Assembly: GCA_000004985.1 (NCBI GenBank)
Contig: GG738888.1
DNA: 64,000 nucleotides
Reading direction: 5' to 3' (one strand)
DNA from: Naegleria gruberi
Lineage: Eukaryota
Shown piece by piece: positions 43,901 through 53,418 of the stretch; positions within the stretch are counted from its first letter, which is position 1, and the number at the start of each line of letters is the position of its first letter. The notes under the pieces are model-generated. The model worked only from the letters and a program-made list of their open reading frames with translations, searched no databases and was not told where the DNA came from. The position numbers and the translations under genes are program-made.

Positions 43901-45720
43901 TCTCCAAAGGATAGTCCTGTTGGACGATTAAAAGTACTATTCAATGCATGATCATTAATAGATCCCACAGTTCCTGGTTGACCAGCAAAAACAGAAACTG
44001 AAAAGTCTTGTAAATTAATAGCTCTAACACAATGATTATTAGAATCTGAAAATAGTATATATATATCCCTATTATCAATATCTACTACAGTGGTTATCCC
44101 ATATGGTCCATCAATACCATGCTTTTCTTTACTCGCAATAGTCGAAATAGTTCCATTCACTGTACTAATCATCAATACTCTATTATTATTTGTATCTGAA
44201 ATGAAAATTAACATATCACCCTTTTGTTGTAAGCTAGTTACTCCTGAGGGTCTGTTTAATACTGATGCCTTAACATTTGTCTTGATATCATTCAAAGATG
44301 ACAACTTATTTCCAAACAAAATGGAATGACTATTCATATTACTATTGTTGAATTTCACTAGAAAATTACTGGACCAATGGCTGATATCATTTGATACAAG
44401 TAAATTAGAATCCCTATCTAAAGCAATTGAATATGGATTTGAAATTACAGGTGTTGCCTTATAGAGTTCATTAGGAGATAATGGAATCAAGTCATTTTCA
44501 ATATTCTCTACTTTTCCACTCACTAGAGAATATCTGAGAATAGACGATGACCCAGATTCTGATATTAAAAGAGATGGATTTCCCTGATTATAAGAATAAA
44601 TTACATCTCTTGGAGATCTCAGAAGGAATGGTGCCTCCAATTCATTTGTGTTAAATACTCTCATTCCATAACTTGTCAATAGGGACGAAATAATTCCAGT
44701 TTTCAAATCAATTTGTCTTATTATACTATAGCCTATTAGCCACAATTTTCCTCTAATGAGTGAGATCGAAATATAATAACTCAATTGAGCATCAATTGCT
44801 AACCCAGAATCTCCCCTAGATCCCACAGTTGCATAAACTCCACTTATTACCTCAGAATTTACCTTGTTATTACCCTGAGAATCAATGGTAATTGTGGTTT
44901 TAAATAATTGATTATCTGGATATTGAGCGTGGTAGAATATTTCAATATTATTGTTCTGTGGGGTTAAATCCAATTCAAATCCCTGAATAAAACTTAAATC
45001 ACTTCTGCTCTGATAAAGAGTAGTAGTATTTCCATTCGAAAGTAACTTTCCAATACTATTATAACCAACAAGAAACAACTCATCGTTTGAATTGACATGC
45101 AAAGAGCTTATATCTGATTGTAGTGTTATCACTCGTGTTGTTCGTTGCCTTTCATCAATCATGTAAACTTTCTCTTTACCAAATATCGAATAGTAAATGT
45201 GAACATTCTCATTTGGACTACTCATATGAACAGCAAGTAAACAATTGGCAGCAAATTTCAATTCACTAAATGAATTAAATCCCTGTGAGGTAAAATCACA
45301 TGAATCTCCTGCTATTCTCTCTATCAAGTTGCTTGTCACATTAAATTTTGATAAAACACATTGTTTATCATTCCTACTTTCAACAACGTAGAAAATGTCA
45401 TGATGAATATTATTAATACTTGGTTGAGCAATGCATATGATATTTTCCAACAGTTTATCCACTCGTCCATTCGAAATATTCAATCTCATCAATGAAGAAA
45501 GTAAATCGGCTGAATGAAGTAAGTAAACGATATCTTCGGAATGTTGGAAGGATGGATAAACCTTTCGTATATCATAATCTAACCATGATGTGTTTTTCTG
45601 GCCGAATAGAGGTTGGATGGTGTATTTAACAGGTGTGTAGCCTGTTGATGATGCTGTCACAGTTGTCAAATAGATATTGATCAAAAAGCAGAGAAAAATC
45701 CAAGAGACGTATCTTTCCAT
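40956..45720 (-). CDS. Receptor-like Ser/Thr kinase with NHL-repeat beta-propeller(s) + EGF-like Cys-rich modules + TM + kinase; complement(join(40956..41514,41560..41918,41960..43497,43545..45720)), ~1540 aa
   Basis: ATG at 45720 with signal peptide MERYVSWIFLCFLINIYLTTVTAS. More than 20 NHL-type repeats (...FSDSNNHCVRAI..., ...VADTFNHRIRLL..., ...SDTNNHRIRVI..., ...SDSKNYRIRRI...) cover about 1000 residues. A 47-nt intron GTAGGT...TTTAG links ...IYIAG|DTFNNKIRA. Three or four EGF-like modules follow (C..C..NG.C....C.C..G..G..C). The TM helix is IIVLGVVLGLVGFFTVIISIISIILIFIF. A 41-nt intron splits KPIR|RLGEGGIGCVF. The kinase then has VAVK and HR|DLKPANILL (45-nt intron GTAAGT...TTTAG), followed by DFG and GTFNYMSPE. 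Confidence 0.8.
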
Positions 45721-45958
45721 TTTTTTGCTCTTTTTTTGGTCAACTCCGGCGAATTAGTGGATCAGAAACAGTGAGCACAAGATCTGATGGAATGTGAACT
45801 TTCATTACAAGAATTATTATTTTCACAAATTAACATCCAAAAAACATATTCTACATCTACTGATTGTATCATAGTTGGACTGCATTTTACGTGATTGAAC
45901 AGAATTAATTTTGATTCATCTCCTCTTCAAATCATTCTCAACCAATTAAGTATTATGA

Positions 45959-47155
45959 TTAATTCAAGATGCATTTCTTTTCTTTTTTTAAACTATTTAA
46001 ATATTTAATATCTTTTTCAATCACTTGTTGTAATATTGAATTTAAATTTGTTTGATTACCAAACCTAATTAACTTAACACCTTCTAGAAATGCATTTTCT
46101 ATACCCTCACCAGTTTTAGCACTACAAATAACTATATTTGTATTTGTTAGTTGATACTCATTAATAATATTAATAATTTCATTTTTCAATTTATCAATTT
46201 CATTGTTATCAGTAATTAAATCCATCTTATTTAATGCAAATATAATTGGAATATCTTCTGAATCTCTGATTCTAATTAATTGTTCAACTAAGGTCTTACA
46301 GAATTCAGCTGAGGAAAAATTAAATAAATCGCAAACATTGATAAAACAATCACCAGTTCTCATATATTGATCTATTCATATTAAATTATTGAGATATTCA
46401 AATCAACTTACCCCTATCAAATTAAATGATAAACAATCACATTTCACAACTTACCTCATAGCTGAGTATTCCTCTTGTCCATCTAATTAAATTAATTAGG
46501 ATTATCAAGTTTAATAATTCAATAAATGAAAATACTAACATGTATCTAATATATCAAGTTCAAACACCCTTCCATCAAATTCAATATTTCTTCTATAATC
46601 ATCATAATAACTTGGATCATATTGATCTGTATATCTATTCTGAATAAATCTAACCACAATCGATGATTTGCCTTATATCAAATATAATTACAATAAAAAT
46701 TAGATGAATAACATACCAACACCACCATCACCTATCATTACAAATTTAAGGTAATTGTCAGTAAAATCTAAATATTTAAATTGTTTATATTTAATATATA
46801 AAGTTAACAAAACAATCCTTTTTAAATTTGTTTTTTTAATTATTTGTTCCTTAATTATTTCATTATTCACTTTTATTGGTAAATAATTTTTCAATAACTC
46901 AAAATAAAATTCATTAAAATAATCACATTGATCATCATCGTACATTAATTTTTTACAACTTGTTTGAAAATTTAATAATTGTTTAATTTTAGTTGTATAT
47001 TTAATATTATAAGAATAACTAGTATCAAGAACATATGATAATATATTTAAATGTATTTCCAAGGGTAAATTAACGAACGTATTTTCATTATTGAATGATC
47101 GCATTTTTTTTAATTTAATTAATAATAACAAAAGTTCATCAAAGTAATCTTGCAA
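45959..47155 (-). CDS. F-box-like N-terminus + canonical Ras-family small GTPase; >=4 introns (exons ~46717..47155, 46540..46671, 46455..46482, [46412..46413?], 45959..46371)
   Basis: The N-terminus NLPLEIHLNILSYVLDTSYSYNIKYTTKIKQLLNFQTSCKKL is F-box-like. G1 GDGGVG|KSS is split by a 45-nt GTATGT intron. The G2/G3 region is [37 protein letters not shown]. The last exon has DQYMRTGDCF..., then G4 FALNKMDL and G5 CSAKTGEG. Confidence 0.7.
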
Positions 47156-47540
47156 ATCAAATAAAGCTATGGAAAGTCATCACAATAACAATGTCTAGTG
47201 GTGAAATAAAGAAGATATAAAGACACTCAGCAGTAAGAAACTAAAAGAAGACAATTGATGAAAAAGAGCTTATCGGAATAAGAGGAGTAAATTGCAATTA
47301 TTCTTCCCTGTCCGTCTTTTTGCACTGATGAGGCAAAAATACATTAAATTCATCATCAACACCCTCTCTTATTGAGGAGATATTAATGATGATTATTCAA
47401 CGACAATCAAATAAGAAAAAAATAAGAACAAGAATATTATCCTTCTTCCTTTTAAAATTGACAGACTCTTATGAAAAATGATGAACCACTTGAGAAGAAA
47501 ACATGCCCTGCCAACGGCTTCTACAACAGAGACTGTGAAT

Positions 47541-49449
47541 ATGGCTAATATTACCATCTTGATGGTGAATGATGTTTATGAATTGTTGGCGTAGGTAGTA
47601 GTAATTTAATTTCATTCCGAATGATGATGACAATGATGATGAATTTATTCATGAAGTGATGATAAAGGAGTTGGTGGATTGGCAGAATTGGCAACCATGA
47701 TTGATCAAGAGAAGAATAAATCGAGGTTTTCGATTTCTACTTTGAATGGTGATTTTATGAGTGCTTCGACTTTGGCAGAACAATTTAAAGGAGCTCACAT
47801 GATTGACGTATTGAATAATATGCCAATGTAAGTATGGTGGATGTTTGAATTTCAATGTTAATGTAATATTAGTGATTTTGTTTGTCCTGGAAATCATGTA
47901 AGTTTAGTTTTGGATTAAATTTTGGAATTAATTATTGGAAATTAGGAAGTAAGTGTTAAAATTTGAATAATGTTTGTGAATTTAAATGAAAATAGTTTGA
48001 TTTTGGATCAGAAATTTTGGAGGAACGCATTAAAGAATCTAATTTCAAGTGGATTTGTTCAAATGTTGTGTACAATAATGAGGAAACCAATGATAAAACA
48101 TTCAATAATTCTGAATCGAATATTTTGAAGGGAGTTTACAGAAAGTTTATTATTACTGACCCTGCTTTGGATGGTTTAAAGATTGGATTGTTTGGAGTTT
48201 GTACAAAATATTCGGAATATCTCAGTAAGCCTGGAAAATTAATCAAATTCCAACCAAGTATTCCTATTGCTAGAAGAATGGTCAATGAGCTTAGAAATGT
48301 AGATAAATGTGACGTTGTTATTGCCATTAACCATTTGAATATTGCCGATGATAAGGAACTGGTCAAAAGGGTGCCTGGAATAGATGTAGTAAGTATTATT
48401 TCTTGCAAACTCTTGCTAATTGACACAAATTCAAATACAGGTTTTGTCAGGTCACGATCATGAAGTATACACTGTCATCAAAGATAATTGCCTTATTCAC
48501 AAGGCAGGTCAGGATGCCAGATACCTCACAAGAATTGATTTAATTATAGAAAAGAATCAAACAACTGTAAATACTGGTAATCAATTCCATACTGTAAAGG
48601 TCTATCCATCATGTAACATGATGATTAATCACGGATACAAACCAAAAAAGAAAGTTTCAGATGTCATTCAAAAGTATATGGAAATGTTGCCACCAGGAAT
48701 TTTCGATCAAATTGGTGTCACTGAAACACCACTCTATTCCAGCACTGAAAGCTGTCGTTCTAAGGAAACCACTTATGGAAATCTTGTGGCTGATATTGTA
48801 AGAGAGGTTTGTTTTGAGAATTGTTTTTCAATATTTATTCTTTTTTGTTGTTCTTAAGATGTTTGATGCTGAAATAGCACTTTTCAATGGAGGTGGAATT
48901 AGAGGAGATCGTTTCTACGATCAAGGTAAAAAGATTACCAAATATGACATTCTCAAAGAATTCCCATTCCCTAATGAAATAGTTCTTTCACAAATTAAGG
49001 GAGTTGATTTATTAGCTGCTGTAGAGGAAGGAGTTCAGAAAGCAGAAAGTGTTGTTGGTGCCTTCCCACACTTCTCCAAAGGTATTTCGATCATTTATGA
49101 CAGTAGGAAACCTCCACTCAAACGTATCATTGAAATGACATTCAATGGCGAGAAAATTGATGAAAATCGCGTCTATTCATTTGCCACTGTTAAATATTTA
49201 CTTAAGGGAGGAGATGGTTTCTTCTCCTTGAAGAATGCAACCATTGTCGATCATCCAAGAAATGATCACAAAATTTTTGATATTGTTGTGGAATGGATTG
49301 AAAAATATCACATTTTGAAAGCTCACATTGAGGGAAGAATTATTGATATTGCCAGAGAACGTATCACTAATCAATGGAGTGGAACTAAGGGTGGAAGTGA
49401 TGACGATTTTGCAGGAGACTACGTTGAAGGAGACAATTTGAAATTCTAA
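47541..49449 (+). CDS. 5'-nucleotidase / UDP-sugar hydrolase family (calcineurin-like phosphoesterase + 5'-NT C-terminal domain), 6 exons: join(47541..47590,47657..47827,47873..47897,47996..48388,48441..48806,48859..49449)
   Basis: Metallophosphoesterase motifs are MANITILMVNDVYE (DxH-type motif with Y), STLNGDFMSAS and a GNH...FDFG motif that spans a 25-nt micro-exon (IDFVCPGNH). NFKWICSNVV matches the family's FPxLSANI. The C-terminal domain has FNGGGIRGD and GGDGF. Introns run 45-98 nt, all GT...AG. Confidence 0.75.
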
Positions 49450-49613
49450 CAAATTCTACAATGAATCTTTTTATTATTTTTGTAGTATATAGGAGCATCA
49501 TCCGTTTCATCATTAAATTATTAGCTTGTCATCTCAAGATTCGTCTGCTTTTGCCTTTTATAGTTTTCAAATATTTTATATTTATTATTTGTTTTACAAT
49601 TTTATTAAAAAAA

Positions 49614-51411
49614 ATGAAAGCACTGAAAGCTGCCAAAAGCAAATCATCAGCTGAATCAGTGTCGTTATTTTCAAAACGATTGCTGCTCTGTGTTGGATAT
49701 TCCGGAAATGGACTGAGTGGTTCTCAGTATCAGAGAAATGTTCCGGTAGAGAAGAGTATGTGATCATCATGATGATTATTAATTATTATATTAAACATAT
49801 TACAAAATTTATATTATTGGATGGGATAATACTGGATTGCAATTTCTGTGAATAATATTATTGGAAATATTGGAAAATTATAATAATAATTGATGAATTT
49901 ATAAAGCAATCGAAGGAAAATTAATGAAGTACATGATGGAGGCTGGATTATTGACTAATATTAAACCATTACCGAAACAACATGAAAATGATCATACCAA
50001 GAAACAAGAATATTTTACAAATCTCCGATCGAACATGGATTGGAATGCATCGAGTAGGACAGATAAGGGAGTTCACTCAATTGCCAATATATTTTCATGT
50101 AAAGTTCCCGAGAGTGTTAAGGAGAATGTAGATTGGATTTCAGAATTGACTAATAGATTTTCAAATGTTGAGGATTCTTTACGAGTTTTTCATTTGGAAA
50201 CAATTAAGGAGGATGCAGAGAATTTCAATAGCAGGAAATTTGGATTGTGGAGAACATATGAATATTTCATTCCACAATATTGTCTGAAAGGAATGATTAG
50301 CGAGAGTAAAATGACACTCTATCAAAAATTGGCAAAAAAGCCAACCGTCACGTTGCCAGACGTTAACTTGGAAGCTGTTTGCAAACAGCTCAATAATGTA
50401 TTTTCTAGGATGGAAGGATTCAAGAATTTCCAAAATTTTACCTCAAACACTACATCAAATGGATCTTCAGAGGGAGGTCAAGAGGATGATTTGGATACCT
50501 TTCAAAATTCTGACACTGTTGGAAATCAGTACCATAGAACTGTATTTCAATGCTTTGCTAAGCCTTATACAATTGGAGTTCCAAACTCCAAGTTACAACA
50601 AGCATCTGGTTTAGCACCCATTTCATCATCAGACGCATTGAGAGGAGTACTAATCAAGGTGACAGCCAGTGGTTTCCTCTATCATCAAATCAGAAAAATG
50701 GTTGGATTGGCAATTTCACATTTAATCTTTCCAAAGGAAATTAACGATGAATTTATCGACATTGCCATCAACTCAAAAGAAACAATGTTCATTCCGACAG
50801 CCCCTGGCGACTCTCTCATTCTTCTTCATACTGCACTCAGAGACTCTTCCATGGAGAATAGAATTTATGGAAATTCCAACAGCTCAAAGAGGTCTGAATT
50901 CTACGATGGTTGTACCAACAAGGAAATGGAACAATTCAGAATTCACCATCTCTATCCTGAAATATTGACAGAAACTCCAGCCTCCTTCATTCATGTCCAA
51001 TCCTATCTAAACAGTGAGAAGAAACAAGAGGAAAAGAAGAATCAAAAATCCTCATGGATTCAACTCGCCCAAGAATTGAAATTCTACCTCAAAGACCTCA
51101 TCGAACAGAAAGAACATGTCAAGGCACGAGCCAAGAAGCAAATAGAAGAATCGAAAAGGAGAGACGAATGGAAGAAGAAGGAAGAGCGAGAACGTCGAAT
51201 GAGGACAACCATTGGAGAAAATACAGAGCTTCTCCCATCAGGTTACAAACTCCACTTTTACATCAAATTTAAATGTCTCCCAAATGAGGAGAAGAGCACC
51301 AAGGCATTGAATATTTTGGAACAACTCTATCGATCAAAGGAAATACCAATTGAGGAAACCAATTTTGAAACTCTAGATCAAATACTAATTTCAAAACTTA
51401 ATTTATCATGA
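49614..51411 (+). CDS. tRNA pseudouridine synthase, TruA/Pus1 family, with long K/E-rich C-terminal extension; join(49614..49755,49907..51411)
   Basis: Exon 1 (aaaaaaaATG) has RLLLCVGYSGNGLSGSQYQRN, the TruA N-terminal motif. A 151-nt intron (GTATGT...AAAG) follows. Exon 2 continues TIEGKLMKYMMEAGLL and carries the catalytic-Asp motif RTDKGVHS and then LYHQIRKMVG. The C-terminal 120 aa are charged coiled coil (KKQEEKKNQ...RRDEWKKKEERERRMR). Confidence 0.75.
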
Positions 51412-51571
51412 ATTTTCACAAACACAATTCTATATTCTTAAATTCTAGAGTGTCATCTTGTGAATGTTGCATTGTAAAGTAACTCAAATCCAGACATGAA
51501 ACTCTAAAAATAAATTTTAAAATCAAAAAAAAATAGCTCCAATAACACAATTAATTCATCAATTTTTAAAA

Positions 51572-53413
51572 ATGTTTCCTGTTATTAAATTCCATTCCGA
51601 TATAGAATCTGCCATCAAGGGAAGAAAAGAATTTGTAACGCAGGTCGATGAAGGCTTCCGATTCATCAAATATAAATCCATCGTAGAGAATACATTTGCC
51701 GATCAATCGACCATGAAGGATATGACCGATCGGGAAAGGCTTGATCAATTAATTAGACGCGAATGTAGAGGAATTATCTTTGAAGAGAAGAGTAAGAAAA
51801 TTGTGTGCAGAAAATTCCACAAATTTTTCAATATTAATGAAAGAGTTGAGAGTAATATTGAAAAGATTAATTGGAAACGACCATTTGTGGTTGTGGAAAA
51901 GATGGATGGAAGTTTGGTTTCTCCAATTTTTGTTTCTTCAAAGAGGGATATTTCAGATATTCGATTTACAACCATGTTGGGATTTACTGCTATGGCCAAG
52001 AATATGGTTGCTGGATATATTGATAAGAATTTAGCGCAGAAGAATTTGAGAAAACCATTCTTGGAATTTTGTAAATATTGTTTGGATCAGGGTTGGAGTT
52101 GTAGTTTCGAATATACTGGACCACAGAATATTGTCGTGATTAAATATTTGGAAGAGAAATTGACTCTACTTGCCATTCGTCATACAGAGAGTGGTGAATA
52201 TTTGACCTACCAGGAAATGAAAGATATTCTCGATAAGAATCCAAATTGGCAAAAGGCAGTCAATTTGGTGAGCTTGTGGAAAGATTTCCCACAAGGAACT
52301 GAAGAACCTCAAAAACTCTTATCAGAAATTTATGAACAGAAAGGATTGGAAGGATACGTCATTCGATTCAATGATGGTGATTTCTACAAGGCCAAAACTA
52401 AATATTATATGTGTTTCCATGGAATTGCAGATAATTCTTCAGAACCTAACAAACAGGGATCTTCATCCATGTTCAGTGCTGAGAAAATTAGAGAACGACA
52501 CATTGTTAAGGCAATTTTAAGTGATGTGATTGATGATGTAATCAGTGGAGTGTTCTGGACTACTGAAATGAAACAAGTAGTTTCAAAATATCGAATTGAA
52601 TTGGAAACTAAAATTTTGGCCAAATTTGAAGAGGAAATCTGGCCAATCCTTAAAAAGGCAATTTCATTCTCAAAGAAGGGTGTTCCAAATGAGTCGATCA
52701 CTTCGAGAGTTATTTCTGGGAAATTAGCCACTACATTTACTGGTGATTTTATTAAGGATATGATTTCGAAACTTTCCAAAGAAGAAAGTTCAAAGAATTC
52801 GAATTACAAAAATCAAGAAAGTGACGAAGAAGAGGAAGAATTTGATTCGAAACCAAGTCAACAATCAAGAGGAAATATGTGGAGCGTTCTCCAAGAGGAA
52901 GAAATTGAAGATGCCGAGCAAGATGCCAAACTCGACAATGAATCAGATGGAGAAAAGGAGGAGAAAAAATTGGAAGAAACTATTCAGCAAACTTCCAATC
53001 TAGTAATAATTGAGGAAGAGCAACCAACCCAAAGTATTTCATTCGACATTTCAGGAATGAAATTTGCACCAATTAAGCCTACTGAGAAACCACAATCAGA
53101 GCAAGAACAAATCGAATCTCAAAAGAATGTTGCCTACGAATGTTACAAAATTTTCTTACAAACCAAGATTTTCCAAGTGAGCGAGCCAAAAGCATTCGAA
53201 ACTAAAAAGTCCAAAGTCTACGATTGGTTAAACGTCGATTTGAAATCTGGAATTATGGGAAACTATGCATTCGATAGTAAAACTGGATCCCTTGTCAAGA
53301 ATTCCACAAGAAAAGTATTGACCAAACCATCAGCCTCTTCATCTAAACATATTGAAGAGGATGATCACGATTTCTCCAACAGCAAGAATAAGAAGAATAA
53401 AAAACGAAAGTAA
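51572..53413 (+). CDS. Phage T4 Rnl1-family ATP-dependent RNA ligase homolog with ~250-aa charged C-terminal tail, intronless, 613 aa
   Basis: Start context is aaaaATG. The protein is collinear with T4 RNA ligase 1. ECRGIIFEE matches T4 ECRGIMFEM, and KFFNINE matches KFFNLNE. The adenylation motif VVEKMDGSLVS matches TKEDGSLVS. CSFEYTGPQNIVVIKY matches ANFEFVAPTNRIVLAY, and ESGEYLTYQEM matches ETGEYISYDDI. Motif IV/V EGYVIRFNDGDFYKAKTKYY matches [20 protein letters not shown]. The tail is D/E/K-rich and ends KNKKNKKRK. Confidence 0.75.
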   Translation: MFPVIKFHSDIESAIKGRKEFVTQVDEGFRFIKYKSIVENTFADQSTMKDMTDRERLDQLIRRECRGIIFEEKSKKIVCRKFHKFFNINERVESNIEKINWKRPFVVVEKMDGSLVSPIFVSSKRDISDIRFTTMLGFTAMAKNMVAGYIDKNLAQKNLRKPFLEFCKYCLDQGWSCSFEYTGPQNIVVIKYLEEKLTLLAIRHTESGEYLTYQEMKDILDKNPNWQKAVNLVSLWKDFPQGTEEPQKLLSEIYEQKGLEGYVIRFNDGDFYKAKTKYYMCFHGIADNSSEPNKQGSSSMFSAEKIRERHIVKAILSDVIDDVISGVFWTTEMKQVVSKYRIELETKILAKFEEEIWPILKKAISFSKKGVPNESITSRVISGKLATTFTGDFIKDMISKLSKEESSKNSNYKNQESDEEEEEFDSKPSQQSRGNMWSVLQEEEIEDAEQDAKLDNESDGEKEEKKLEETIQQTSNLVIIEEEQPTQSISFDISGMKFAPIKPTEKPQSEQEQIESQKNVAYECYKIFLQTKIFQVSEPKAFETKKSKVYDWLNVDLKSGIMGNYAFDSKTGSLVKNSTRKVLTKPSASSSKHIEEDDHDFSNSKNKKNKKRK

Positions 53414-53418
53414 ACGAT

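Noticed and set aside
47649-47897. Minus-strand ORF of 82 aa
   Set aside because: It lies entirely under plus-strand exons 2 and 3 of the 5'-nucleotidase gene. It has no motif and is an antisense artefact.
49461-49763. Track ORF of 100 aa (alt start) upstream of the pseudouridine synthase
   Set aside because: Only its 3' third, from the ATG at 49614, is coding. That third is exon 1 of the Pus gene. The upstream part is low-complexity 5' UTR read through in frame.
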